Below are positions 1-9,511 of a stretch of 64,000 nucleotides of DNA, piece after piece (within the stretch, counting starts at the first letter, position 1; every line of letters starts with the position of its first letter). The notes under the pieces were generated by a model. That model searched no databases, had not been told where the DNA came from, and was given only the letters and a program-made list of their open reading frames with translations. The stretch covers positions 7,666 through 71,665 of the forward strand of contig JAJZJV010000002.1 of assembly GCA_021809925.1 (NCBI GenBank), read 5' to 3'. The position numbers were made by a program, and so were the translations under genes. This DNA is from Candidatus Micrarchaeota archaeon (GTDB lineage: Archaea > Micrarchaeota > Micrarchaeia > Micrarchaeales > CABMGC01).

Positions 1-87
1 AAGACAACAGCAGTGAAAGTGCTGTTAGCAGTCATAATAGGTGGGATAATTTTAGATTTGGTATTCTTTGTTATCGCACACCTATAA
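1..87 (+). CDS. 3' end of an unidentified membrane-protein gene (5' part lies outside the window)
   Basis: Frame 1 is open from base 1 to TAA at 85-87 and reads KTTAVKVLLAVIIGGIILDLVFFVIAHL. This is a single hydrophobic helix, so no family can be assigned. Confidence 0.3.
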   Translation, partial: KTTAVKVLLAVIIGGIILDLVFFVIAHL

Positions 88-104
88 TCAATGCCTGCCC
101 GTGA

Positions 105-407
105 TTAAATAGCTCCTTCTTTTCTTAGGAGCTTCTCCTTCTTTTTCTTTCCTCCAGGCGCAGAATAATTCCCTAGATCTCCATCTGACCGTATCACCCT
201 GTGACATGGAATTGTTATGGTGAGAGGGTTATTTCTCAGTGTACTGCCAACAGCTCTGTATGCCACTGGATTCCCTGCGGCTTTGGCAATTTCCTTGTAT
301 GTTCTTACTTCCCCAAGAGGAATCTTCATCGTCTCGATTAAGACTCTTTTCTGAAATTCAGTAAGGCCGTAGGTGTTAAGTTTTTTTATTGCCTCTGTTT
401 TCTCCAT
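105..407 (-). CDS. ogt: Methylated-DNA-protein-cysteine methyltransferase, DNA-binding/active-site domain only (Ogt/MGMT family, 100 aa)
   Basis: Carries the canonical active-site motif IPCHRVI plus the upstream helix-turn-helix (TYKEIAKAAGNPVAYRAVGSTLRNNP). It lacks the usual N-terminal domain. Confidence 0.85.
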   Translation of the reverse strand: MEKTEAIKKLNTYGLTEFQKRVLIETMKIPLGEVRTYKEIAKAAGNPVAYRAVGSTLRNNPLTITIPCHRVIRSDGDLGNYSAPGGKKKKEKLLRKEGAI

Positions 408-411
408 AGGA

Positions 412-3400
412 TCACATGAACTTGCTAAGGTTGAACTGTCCAGTCTTGTTGTCTATAGCATCTGTCTGGAAAACGTTGTCTATCTCATCTTTCAGCAGGA
501 TGAGCCTCTGCCGTATATACATGTCGATCTCATATCTTTCAGCCAGGTTCATTGCCATTGAGAGGTATTTCTCAACACCGCCTTTTGAGATTGTGAGGAG
601 AAGCTTGCCGCCATCTTTTGTGCACTTCCCAGAAAGAGGCACTCTCCTGTACTTTGAATTGCAATCAGAGCACCTGAATATCTGCTTTGAGAATGAGTGG
701 AGATTTCCTATAAGATCCGGTATGAAGTGACTCAGAATCAGCCTCTTCGCTGCATCCCTCTTGTCTATGGCAAGGATGGTATCCATCAGCTTGAACTCTG
801 CGTCGACCTTGTCTTGCATAGTCTTCAATTGCGTGTATGAACTCTTCTTTGGAGCGTATGTTATCGAGTCTGCAGAGGAGAGATGTGTGAAGAGAAGATT
901 ATTGAAAGCAGTATTGCTCTTAAGCCTGTCTTCCACAAGTTCTATTTTCACATCTGAAGGATACGGATAGTCCTTCGTCTTCTCATAGAAGGAAAGAGGA
1001 TATTCTGATACCACTTCCATTGCATGCGCTTCGTCATCCACCTCTTCTGGCATCACATTCAGAGTAAGTATGAGGGGAGTGTCCATAGTTCCACCTACGC
1101 TGGTTGGAAGATATTCCTTTGAGAAATTTATCAGTAGATCAAGTAGCAATATTGTAGTGTCTTCGTCGCCATCACAGTTCCTTCTTCTTGCAGAGATCAC
1201 GTAAGGATGCGCGAAACCAACATTTGCAGAAGTGAATCCTATCACTCTATTGAGCACTCCGCAGGAAGTGTGAGGTGATAGCGTCACAACTAATTTTCCC
1301 ACGAGATCACCTGTTGATGCAGCACTGTAGAAAGGAGGCAGATGATAGAATGACTGAAGGAGCTCATCCATGAACTTTGAGACTTTCAGTATGTAGTCTG
1401 CGCCTCTTCGATTGAGTATTACATCCTGGTGCTTAAGCTCCAGCAATTGATCATCAGAGACCAGATCGTTTCCAATATAATCCTTCTTGTAGCCTAGTGA
1501 ACGCAGGGTTTCAACAGAGGTGCCTACCTCCTTGGGGTAGAAATGTGTTATAGGTACATCAGTAGCATCGAAGCGGGAAGTGCCGTCCTTGAAGATGTAG
1601 ACGCCATGAAGAGCACGCAAGATCCCTTTATCTATTGGCTCTATAACCTTGTCCCTGTTCATCATTCCCTTGACCCCTTTTATTGTCTGTGGAAGCGTGC
1701 TTACATGCACACGTTTCATTGATTCGGAAACTGCCTTGACAAGATCCATCTTACGCCTTGTGTATGCCAAGGCATCTATATTACATGTGGGACACTTGAC
1801 TCCATCAACGAGAGATTTGCAATTAGGGCACTCCCTCTGTAGAACTGCCCTTGACCCGCATTCGTAGCAAAATTGGGTAGATATAGTTCTCTTGCAGCTT
1901 CTGCAATAATAAACTGCCATCTCGGCTTCTAACTCTGACTTGAATCTTTTTGAATCGAGCAAGTATGCCCTGGTTAGATTTCTTTCCTTTCCACCATAAC
2001 TGCCTATCGGGAAGAGAACATTTGGAGCAGGCTTCATGAGGCGCTCCTTTGCTTTTTCAGGCCTGCCAATTCTTGTGCCTATGACTGTTGATCTCTTTGG
2101 TATCTTGAATGGAGCTATGCAATTCAGCATAGCCAGCTGATTTTCATAAGCACCTTCATACTTTCTCATAACGTCTCCGAAATTCTCTACAATCCCTTCT
2201 TTTGATACGAATCCGAGTGAGGAAACAATGCTCTGCGCATCCTCTTCCAAGATAATGATTTTTCCATCGATAGGCTTGTGTGGTACATTGATCAGCTCAA
2301 GAGTCCTCTTTTCGGAGGGATTGTTCTCCAGGAGGAGGTCTTTGAGATCAAATATGCTTGTTCCTTCCCTGATATTTCCGCTTGCCGCCATATGCATTGC
2401 AAGTGATTTGATTGCATCAGTTTTTATATACTGAAACTCGTAAAGGAACCTTGGATGTATCGGCACACTATACTTGACTGATAGATCGAATGCTTCTTTG
2501 AAGCATATCCCCTTTTTAGGGAGAGCGCCAGCAAACCCAGCATTCTTCAGCTCTGCCTCCCAGTACTCCTCAACGTAACTTGTAGGCTGTAGAGGGCTGT
2601 TTGATTTTTTGAAATCGCCATATGTCACAAGCATATCTCCAAGAGAGAGGATCTCAACAATATCATCCTTTAGTGAGAGCGCGAGCTCTGCATCGTTTAC
2701 ACGCAGAGCCTCTCCTGAACGAAGCTTTATGAAAGGGCCTTCTATGCTGTCTACAGGAACGGCGACGCAGCCTTTTCCTGGGAACTCTATCTTAACCTGA
2801 GTGCCCACTGCAATAAATCCAGTAGTAAGAATCATCGAAGCAGGGCTGAATCCCTTTGCAGCGATGCCGGTGAACCGCGACCTGCCATACCTTAATCTAA
2901 AACCACCCTGGAATCCGGGATAGGATAGGATAGGCCTGCCAGCTACAAGCTCATCAAGAAACTTTGATGTGTCCTTTTTCTCTTCGGATTTCTTCACTTC
3001 CACGCGTATTATCTTGTTAAGCCATTCCCAATCCAGGCCTGCATTCTTTGTTTCTTTAATTACCTTTTTGGCCTTCTGCGCTATGCCCTCGCATAGAACC
3101 AATGGGACGCCTCCGCGGACTCTGTTTGTTATTGGTACCTCCTTCCCATCGTACCCTATTCGTTTAAGGTTGGCATGGGCTCCGATATCTATCGGATCGG
3201 TAGGTACGCCATCAACACAGATAGGACAATTGCTCACTATTACTCTTAAATCATCGTCGCTAGGCTTGTACTGGAGCCTTGCCGCTCTGGTGTGATAAAG
3301 TTCTGCTTCCTCAACGTATCGCTCTATCTCGTCCTGTTGCGGTTTGAATACACCTATATTGAAAAGTTTCCGTGCATAATCTGCAAGTGCAACAGACATT

Positions 3401-3861
3401 GCTGCCCCTGTTCCTCCTGCACCACGTATCGGGCCCGCATAAACCACAGCTATATAGTCAGTATTGTCATAATTCTTATATCGTTTAACACTTTGTATGC
3501 CTTCGGTTGGTGCAACCAGTATCCCTTCAGTGAATATTGCTACCCCAACCCTAACCGCGACCTCTATCCTTTGTATGGTCTCGTACTTGTCAAATGCACT
3601 GTTTGTGCATATTTCCTTCACTACGGCAAATGCGAGAGAGCTCCTTGATTGGCCAGTGTATGCTTTTCTAATTATTGCTTCAATTCCATCAACTTCTGTA
3701 AGTCCCTCTACTCTGCTTGCAAGGTCCGGGGCTGGCCTTACCTCAACATAAGGCCTTGGATCGTAACCTTTAGATCTTGCATCCTTTGCTACCGAGAACG
3801 CCTTCTCGAATTCTTCTGACAAGCTCTTGAAATATTCTTCAGTATCCAAACATACACCCAA
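412..3861 (-). CDS. polC: DNA polymerase II (PolD) large subunit DP2
   Basis: 1149-aa ORF with the catalytic NCDGDED motif. Cys4 zinc modules are CRSCKRTISTQFCYECG, CPNCKSLVDGVKCPTCN and CSDCNSKYRRVPLSGKC. The length fits an intein-free DP2. It abuts the DP1 gene with a 0-nt spacer. Confidence 0.95.
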   Translation of the reverse strand: MGVCLDTEEYFKSLSEEFEKAFSVAKDARSKGYDPRPYVEVRPAPDLASRVEGLTEVDGIEAIIRKAYTGQSRSSLAFAVVKEICTNSAFDKYETIQRIEVAVRVGVAIFTEGILVAPTEGIQSVKRYKNYDNTDYIAVVYAGPIRGAGGTGAAMSVALADYARKLFNIGVFKPQQDEIERYVEEAELYHTRAARLQYKPSDDDLRVIVSNCPICVDGVPTDPIDIGAHANLKRIGYDGKEVPITNRVRGGVPLVLCEGIAQKAKKVIKETKNAGLDWEWLNKIIRVEVKKSEEKKDTSKFLDELVAGRPILSYPGFQGGFRLRYGRSRFTGIAAKGFSPASMILTTGFIAVGTQVKIEFPGKGCVAVPVDSIEGPFIKLRSGEALRVNDAELALSLKDDIVEILSLGDMLVTYGDFKKSNSPLQPTSYVEEYWEAELKNAGFAGALPKKGICFKEAFDLSVKYSVPIHPRFLYEFQYIKTDAIKSLAMHMAASGNIREGTSIFDLKDLLLENNPSEKRTLELINVPHKPIDGKIIILEEDAQSIVSSLGFVSKEGIVENFGDVMRKYEGAYENQLAMLNCIAPFKIPKRSTVIGTRIGRPEKAKERLMKPAPNVLFPIGSYGGKERNLTRAYLLDSKRFKSELEAEMAVYYCRSCKRTISTQFCYECGSRAVLQRECPNCKSLVDGVKCPTCNIDALAYTRRKMDLVKAVSESMKRVHVSTLPQTIKGVKGMMNRDKVIEPIDKGILRALHGVYIFKDGTSRFDATDVPITHFYPKEVGTSVETLRSLGYKKDYIGNDLVSDDQLLELKHQDVILNRRGADYILKVSKFMDELLQSFYHLPPFYSAASTGDLVGKLVVTLSPHTSCGVLNRVIGFTSANVGFAHPYVISARRRNCDGDEDTTILLLDLLINFSKEYLPTSVGGTMDTPLILTLNVMPEEVDDEAHAMEVVSEYPLSFYEKTKDYPYPSDVKIELVEDRLKSNTAFNNLLFTHLSSADSITYAPKKSSYTQLKTMQDKVDAEFKLMDTILAIDKRDAAKRLILSHFIPDLIGNLHSFSKQIFRCSDCNSKYRRVPLSGKCTKDGGKLLLTISKGGVEKYLSMAMNLAERYEIDMYIRQRLILLKDEIDNVFQTDAIDNKTGQFNLSKFM

Positions 3862-5373
3862 TTATACATTATTGAAATCAACAACAGACATGTCTGCCGT
3901 CTTGTGCTCATACACAGGGACTACCGCAGGAGTAGGTATATGCCCAAGCTTGAGCTGGTACCCGGTTCTTGATTGCCATGTTCCGCTATTTATTATCAGA
4001 GTTCCATGGTAATCAGAATAGCCATTTTTGTGGACGTGTCCCATATGTAGAACGTCTGGAATCTCATCTATAACAAGCGCATCCTTTTTTGAAGGTATTA
4101 TAGGATTGTTACCATAGATAGGGGATAAATGCCTTCTACGCAGTATCTCAAGCATCGCAACTTCAGGCTTGGAATAGGTGCAGCCAGGAATTCCCTGTAT
4201 AACAGAGTCAAGAGATGTGCCGTGATATGAGAGGATCTTTGTACCATGCAAAGTCAGGTATCCAGGATTAGAGATGTAATGCACATTCCTCTGCACAAAA
4301 TCACCTATCAGATCCTTCGACAGTATTGGCTGTGGCTCGGCCCTCTGGACAGCATCATGGTTTCCAGTGAGTATGAATACCTCGATGTAATCAGGAATGT
4401 TTGACATGAAATCAAAGAAAACAGAATATTGCTTGTATATGTCGGTTATGTTAAGTTCCTTGTCCTGATTTGGGTAGATTCCGATTCCGTCGACCAGATC
4501 CCCACCCACAACTACGTATTTTATCTTCCTCGCAAGATCCTTGCGATAATTCACCCCACCATTGAGCCATTCCAGAAACTTGCTGAAGTGGTTCTCCATA
4601 AACATCTTGCTGCCAACATGAGCATCAGAAATAAGTGCAGTTGCTACATCCTCTTCTGATTTCTTTCTTGAATGAACTGCTATGTCTGGAAACACTATAG
4701 AGCTAGCCATGACAAAAGGGCTTGAGAGCTTTCCCCTCACAGCTATAACCTCATCGGGAACGATCCTCGATGCCAGATCAAAGAGGCTCTCTCCCTTTAC
4801 ACTATATTGCGACTTCAGAAAGAGGACTTTCGCATTTCCAGTCTCATCTTCCAATGTGATAAGGACATGACCATTCTTTGTTATTATCTTATCGTAAACC
4901 ATGCCAACTATCGCTACCTCCCTTCCTTGGGTGTACTGCTTTAGACTCTCGATATTATTGATCATGCCAAGAAGAGTTGAACTTCTCCCTTCCTCTATGA
5001 ATTGCCTCAGTTTCTTGAATCTGTCATTAAAATAAGATGCAAAGTCTGAGACCATCGCACCGGTCTTTTCAACTTCTACAGATCTGGCATTGAAATTAGC
5101 ATCTACATCCTTTGCTAGAGAGGCAAACGCACTAGACCTTCTGATTTCTATCTGCTTTGGAGCCTTTTCGTCGATATTTGATGAGAGTTTCAGTAGGGTC
5201 TCTTTGTTAAGGATGTTTATTGATTGTGCATCTCCGAAGAAATTAAGTATCTGCGCAGTCAGAGACTCCAGGTCTTTCCCAACCATATCCTCATCGGATA
5301 TGTCAGAACTTATCAGAACACGGCCATTTAGCCTGCTCACGAGCTCTAGTACTGTAGACTGCTGATCAGACAC
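3862..5373 (-). CDS. polB: DNA polymerase II (PolD) small subunit DP1 (Mre11-like phosphoesterase/exonuclease)
   Basis: Calcineurin-like phosphoesterase motifs DAHVGS, GGDLVDG, GNHD and HMGHVH. An OB-fold-like segment lies upstream. It sits directly upstream of DP2. Confidence 0.95.
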   Translation of the reverse strand: MSDQQSTVLELVSRLNGRVLISSDISDEDMVGKDLESLTAQILNFFGDAQSINILNKETLLKLSSNIDEKAPKQIEIRRSSAFASLAKDVDANFNARSVEVEKTGAMVSDFASYFNDRFKKLRQFIEEGRSSTLLGMINNIESLKQYTQGREVAIVGMVYDKIITKNGHVLITLEDETGNAKVLFLKSQYSVKGESLFDLASRIVPDEVIAVRGKLSSPFVMASSIVFPDIAVHSRKKSEEDVATALISDAHVGSKMFMENHFSKFLEWLNGGVNYRKDLARKIKYVVVGGDLVDGIGIYPNQDKELNITDIYKQYSVFFDFMSNIPDYIEVFILTGNHDAVQRAEPQPILSKDLIGDFVQRNVHYISNPGYLTLHGTKILSYHGTSLDSVIQGIPGCTYSKPEVAMLEILRRRHLSPIYGNNPIIPSKKDALVIDEIPDVLHMGHVHKNGYSDYHGTLIINSGTWQSRTGYQLKLGHIPTPAVVPVYEHKTADMSVVDFNNV

Positions 5374-5405
5374 TTTACCCCCGTAGGTTATTATGCAGTT
5401 TAGTA

Positions 5406-5828
5406 TTAAAATAGTTGGGTCAGTATTCCGTGGACGTCCTGAAACAGAAGACCCATATTGATTGAGAAGTATGGAAGGATGCTTAGTGACTCCGTGTTCT
5501 GGTATTTTAAGAAAAGCATCAGGGAAATTGTCATCATCCCGCTCTTCTTAAGTATGGATTCGTGCTTCTTTAGGTTTGACATCAGATCCTTCACTAGAGG
5601 CTTTACTTCCTTGTTTATGAAGTACTCATGCTCTCTGCCTATTGTCCTTTTGCCGACGAAATTATAGTCAAGAAGATACCTTAGGTTGTGGGATACGTTT
5701 GTCTGCTCAAGCCGCGTGCTCTTTACTATCTTTGACACAGAGAGGGGCCTGTCCACTATTGCTCCGAGGATCTTGAACCTTGTCTTATTTCCGATTGCAT
5801 CAGAAAAGATATCTATGGGGTCTTTCAT
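5406..5828 (-). CDS. ArsR-family winged-helix transcriptional regulator with a C-terminal hydrophobic tail
   Basis: HTH core is RFKILGAIVDRPLSVSKIVKSTRLEQTNVSHNLRYLLDYNFV. The start is taken at the internal Met (MKDPIDIF). The track ORF extends to 5918, but that extension is hydrophobic junk-like sequence. Confidence 0.7.
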   Translation of the reverse strand: MKDPIDIFSDAIGNKTRFKILGAIVDRPLSVSKIVKSTRLEQTNVSHNLRYLLDYNFVGKRTIGREHEYFINKEVKPLVKDLMSNLKKHESILKKSGMMTISLMLFLKYQNTESLSILPYFSINMGLLFQDVHGILTQLF

Positions 5829-5964
5829 AAAGATTCCAGCAGTTACTAAACTATTATTGCATTTATATATTAAAAAGCTATCTAATATATGAATTAGTGA
5901 CATATGAGATAAAATCATATAAATTTAAATACTTTCTCTTATCATGTAAAGAATAGGTGAAAAA

Positions 5965-6138
5965 ATGGCAAAATACGAATTCGCATCTAGTAGGGCAGGA
6001 AAACAGTGCAACTTCGTCGCAGAGGAAGAGAGCAGAGAAGAAGCAGTGCGAAAAGCAAATGAACATATCAAGGCATGCAGTGCATGCGCAGGACTTAGTG
6101 AAGAGCAGATCTCTGCGGCAATACAGGAGAAGCAATAA
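5965..6138 (+). CDS. Small DUF1059-like protein (57 aa), below the ORF-track length cutoff
   Basis: ATG at 5965 is preceded by AGGTGA. It translates to MAKYEFASSRAGKQCNFVAEEESREEAVRKANEHIKACSACAGLSEEQISAAIQEKQ. Size and pattern (MxxYxF..C.F.....eEE...ka.eH......l.ee....I) recall DUF1059. It is a more plausible product than the listed overlapping ORFs 5957-6166(+) and 5878-6150(-). Confidence 0.5.
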   Translation: MAKYEFASSRAGKQCNFVAEEESREEAVRKANEHIKACSACAGLSEEQISAAIQEKQ

Positions 6139-6312
6139 TCTAAAGGCCATGTTTTTTATTTTTTAATTGGTTTTTTGATTGAGCAGAGGTCTATTTAAGT
6201 ATATGCGTTGCGTGGAGGTGCAAAACCTTTTTATACTTTTATGGGATATACTATTCAAGACTTAAGTGTCTTATTTTCCCGTTATCACTGCATTTTGGCA
6301 GGAGGGGTTTAG

Positions 6313-6948
6313 ATGGCAGACGAAGAGTTAGATAAGATAATAAATTTCATAAGCGAGAATAAGGGCAAGAGGAAGTTTAAGCAGACAGTAGAGCTTGCAA
6401 TAAATTTCAAAGGGATAGATTTCTCGAAGCAGGACAATAGGCTCAACATTGATGTTATATTGCCACACGGAAAAGGCAAGGTTAAGAAGATAGCTCTTTT
6501 TGCTTCGGAAAGAAACCTTATAGAGGAAGCTAAGAAGAATGGCATCGAAGTCATAGGAAGCGAGGATATAGAAAAGATAGCTGCTGACCAAGCAAGACTT
6601 AACTCATTATTGGATTACGAACTGATCGCACAGCCAAACCTTATGCCGAGCATTGCGAAGAGCTTTGGTCAATTCCTTGGACCAAAAGGAAAGATGCCTA
6701 GACCACTCGTAGGAAGCATGAGCATGTCCAGCGTTGCTAATGAATTGAACAAGAGGATAGTTCTTAAGAGCAAGGGTAGATATCTTCCAACAGTGCACTG
6801 CGTCATTGGAAACGAGGATATGGATGCAAATAATATTTATGAAAATACCAAGGAAGTCATTGAGAGTGTTGGGAAGAAGATAGGACAGAACCACATTAAG
6901 TCAGTTTATATCAAATTGACAATGACAAAGCCTCTAAGAGTAATGTAG
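6313..6948 (+). CDS. rpl1: 50S ribosomal protein L1
   Basis: 211 aa with a typical L1 sequence (KRKFKQTVELAINFKGIDFSKQDNRLN... LGPKGKMP). GGAGGGG Shine-Dalgarno motif lies 7 nt upstream. It is the first gene of an L1-P0-P1 operon. Confidence 0.95.
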   Translation: MADEELDKIINFISENKGKRKFKQTVELAINFKGIDFSKQDNRLNIDVILPHGKGKVKKIALFASERNLIEEAKKNGIEVIGSEDIEKIAADQARLNSLLDYELIAQPNLMPSIAKSFGQFLGPKGKMPRPLVGSMSMSSVANELNKRIVLKSKGRYLPTVHCVIGNEDMDANNIYENTKEVIESVGKKIGQNHIKSVYIKLTMTKPLRVM

Positions 6949-6956
6949 GTGCCATC

Positions 6957-7793
6957 ATGATCAAATCAGAAAAGATAGAATTTGTCAAAAATCTCAAAGA
7001 GGAGGTAAAGAAATATAAGGTAGTCGGAGTTATGCCGATAAACGGCATACCTGACAGGCTTGTTCAGAAAGTCAGGAATGGACTTAAGGCAGATACCAAG
7101 ATGGTTGTCGCAAGGAAGAAGCTTATAGCCATGGTTCTGGAAGACGAGAACCATAAGAAATTGTTACCTTTTGTAGAAGGCAATGTTGTCCTTGTATTAT
7201 CAAACAAGGAGCCGATGGAACTCCACAAAAGCATAGGCTCTAGCAGATTGAAGCTTGCTGCGAAGCCAAACCAGATTGCAACAAGCGATATAGTAATAGA
7301 GGGAGGAGAGACATCAATAGCTCCAGGACAGGCAGTCACGGAACTCAAGGCTGCAGGAATTGATGTTCAAATACAGAAAGGGAAGGTAATAATAGGAAAG
7401 ACAAAGGTACTTGTTCCTAAAGGAAGCAAGATATCAGCAGCAGTCTCAAAGGCGCTTAAGACACTTGATGTCATGCCATTCGAAGCGCAGGCAGCGCTAT
7501 CTGTGGTGCTTGAAGGCACATTGCTCTTTGATAAGAGAACTCTCGGAATAAACAGAGAGTACCTGCTCTCAGAGGTCGCAAGGAACTTTGCAGAGGCATA
7601 TATGCTTAGCACCGAGATAGGGCTCGTAACTGAGTACAACGTAAGCGAGTTTATCAGGAAGGCTTATATCGGTGCGGTAGGAATAGGCTTGGAAGCGAAG
7701 ATTTATGAGCCAGAGATAGTAGATAAACTCATAGCAAGTGCAGTAAGGGCTGCACTACAGCTCGATGCAATGGAAAAACCAGATAATGCTTAA
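6957..7793 (+). CDS. rplP0: 50S ribosomal protein L10 / acidic stalk protein P0
   Basis: 278 aa lying between L1 and P1. AGGTG lies upstream of the ATG. The N-terminal L10 domain pattern is present, but the Glu/Ala-rich acidic tail is short or absent. Confidence 0.9.
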   Translation: MIKSEKIEFVKNLKEEVKKYKVVGVMPINGIPDRLVQKVRNGLKADTKMVVARKKLIAMVLEDENHKKLLPFVEGNVVLVLSNKEPMELHKSIGSSRLKLAAKPNQIATSDIVIEGGETSIAPGQAVTELKAAGIDVQIQKGKVIIGKTKVLVPKGSKISAAVSKALKTLDVMPFEAQAALSVVLEGTLLFDKRTLGINREYLLSEVARNFAEAYMLSTEIGLVTEYNVSEFIRKAYIGAVGIGLEAKIYEPEIVDKLIASAVRAALQLDAMEKPDNA

Positions 7794-7810
7794 TATATAG
7801 GTGAAGAAAG

Positions 7811-8116
7811 ATGGAATACATATACGCTGCTCTTTTACTCGATGCAGCTGGCAAGGAGATAACAGAGAAAAACCTCATGGAAGTGATTAAATCCGCAGGC
7901 ATGAATCCGGACGAAGCTATGGCAAAATCTGTTGCTAGCTCTCTGAAAGGAGTCGATATAAAGGATGTTATCAAGAATGCGCAAAACATTCAGGTAGCAC
8001 AACCCGTAGCGGCACAGCCAAGCGCAGGAGCTGCGGAGAAGAAGAAAGAGGAAAAAGCTGAGGAGAAGGTAAGCGAAGAAGAAGCTGCCGGAGGATTGGC
8101 AAGCCTCTTTGGCTGA
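7811..8116 (+). CDS. rpl12: 50S ribosomal stalk protein P1 (L12e)
   Basis: Sequence runs MEYIYAALLL...AAEKKKEEKAEEKVSEEEAAGGLASLFG. This is the hallmark Ala/Glu/Lys hinge and the conserved C-terminal GLxxLFG. Confidence 0.92.
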   Translation: MEYIYAALLLDAAGKEITEKNLMEVIKSAGMNPDEAMAKSVASSLKGVDIKDVIKNAQNIQVAQPVAAQPSAGAAEKKKEEKAEEKVSEEEAAGGLASLFG

Positions 8117-8118
8117 CC

Positions 8119-9507
8119 ATGAAAGAAATCTCGGAGATAGCAGAATATGCTCTCAAGCTTGCTGAGTCAGCAGGAGGAGAGTATGCTGAGGCATACTTCG
8201 AGAATTCTGAAGCCACTTTTTATTCTGTGGAGCAGGGCAGACTTAACGGAAGCGGACATGTGGAGAGTTCCGGGCTCAGGGTCCGCATTCTTAAGAAAGG
8301 AAGCATGCTCACATTATCTACAAACAACCTTTCGAGGAGAAATCTTGAGAGGCTGATCAGATTCAGGCCCTTCAGGGGCACATCTATTTCTCTTTCTGAC
8401 GAGAATAAAGCAAGCGTGAGGTCAGTACTTAAACCGAGAAAGGAAGCAGACCCACAGAAGCTTCTGGATGGTGTATTGCATATAGAAAGAGGGCTTGCAG
8501 AGAAAAAATATATCAAATACAGGAGCATATATGCTGGAGTTGGAAAAGCAAGCTCTTTGATGGTGAATTCCGAAGGCAGCAGAGTCGAGCTTGAGAGTCC
8601 TTCAATAACCTCGTTCATGAATTTTATAGTAAGCAAGGGAGGGGAGAGCAGGCAGAGGATGATGCAATTTGGAGGCGTTGGGGGATTTGAGGTCTTCGAT
8701 GATTCAAAGATACTTGAGCATGTTGAGGAGGAAGCAAGGAATATATACAATGTTATTGATAAGGGAATCTCGATAAGCAAGATAGAGAGCTCAAGCATAA
8801 AGTCTGTTGTGATATCTCCAGAGATAACAGGGATAGCAGTGCATGAGAGTGTTGGGCACGCAAACGAGGCGGACAGGGTCTTCGGCAGGGAAGCAGCACA
8901 GGCAGGATTGAGTTACATTGGAAAGAAGGAGTTGGGAAGCAATGTTGGAAGCAGTGAGGTAACGATTGTTGACGACCCCGGAATCGAAAATGCTTATGGA
9001 TTTTTCTTTTATGATGACGAGGGAGTCAGGGGCAGGAAGAAAATAATTGTCAAGAAGGGCTTGCAGAGCGAGCTGCTGACAAATAGGGAATATGCTGCTC
9101 GTATAGGAAAGAAGAGCACAGGCTCAGCGAGAAGCGATGATTACTCGAACGAACCCCTCATAAGAATGTCTAACACATATCTTGAGAAGGGAAGTTCAAG
9201 CCTTGATGAGCTCGTGAGCGAGGCTAGAAACGGAGTATACATAAAGAGCTATACAGAGTGGAATATAGATGATACACGTAGCTTCTCCAGATACCAGGGA
9301 AACGAGGCATACCTTATTAAGAATGGGAGAATGATGGAGCCGGTAAAGAATTATGCTCTTGAAAAGAAGACATTGGATTTCTGGAGGGCCTTGAAGATGA
9401 AAGGCAATGATCTTGAGATGTTTCCAGGAATATGCGGGAAGGGAGAGCCGATGCAAGGTATGCCAGTAAGCATGGGCGGCCCTTCGGCGCTTCTCGTTTT
9501 TGGATGA
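8119..9507 (+). CDS. tldD: TldD-family metalloprotease
   Basis: 462 aa with the HESVGHANE (HExxxH) motif and a C-terminal GxC..GKG..... motif typical of TldD/PmbA. It is followed by its PmbA partner. Confidence 0.9.
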   Translation: MKEISEIAEYALKLAESAGGEYAEAYFENSEATFYSVEQGRLNGSGHVESSGLRVRILKKGSMLTLSTNNLSRRNLERLIRFRPFRGTSISLSDENKASVRSVLKPRKEADPQKLLDGVLHIERGLAEKKYIKYRSIYAGVGKASSLMVNSEGSRVELESPSITSFMNFIVSKGGESRQRMMQFGGVGGFEVFDDSKILEHVEEEARNIYNVIDKGISISKIESSSIKSVVISPEITGIAVHESVGHANEADRVFGREAAQAGLSYIGKKELGSNVGSSEVTIVDDPGIENAYGFFFYDDEGVRGRKKIIVKKGLQSELLTNREYAARIGKKSTGSARSDDYSNEPLIRMSNTYLEKGSSSLDELVSEARNGVYIKSYTEWNIDDTRSFSRYQGNEAYLIKNGRMMEPVKNYALEKKTLDFWRALKMKGNDLEMFPGICGKGEPMQGMPVSMGGPSALLVFG

Positions 9508-9511
9508 TTGT

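Noticed and set aside
412-5373. Numerous 60-135-aa plus-strand ORFs inside the PolD genes (for example 2969-3295, 3292-3648, 5090-5365)
   Set aside because: They are antisense to long ORFs with unmistakable DP2/DP1 motifs. Their translations are low-complexity Ser/Leu/Phe-rich strings typical of antisense frames.
5878-6166. Track ORFs 5957-6166(+) and 5878-6150(-), the latter Cys-rich
   Set aside because: A third frame (5965-6138, plus) has an ATG with an AGGTGA Shine-Dalgarno motif and a DUF1059-like product. The two listed ORFs have implausible compositions and no ribosome-binding signal.
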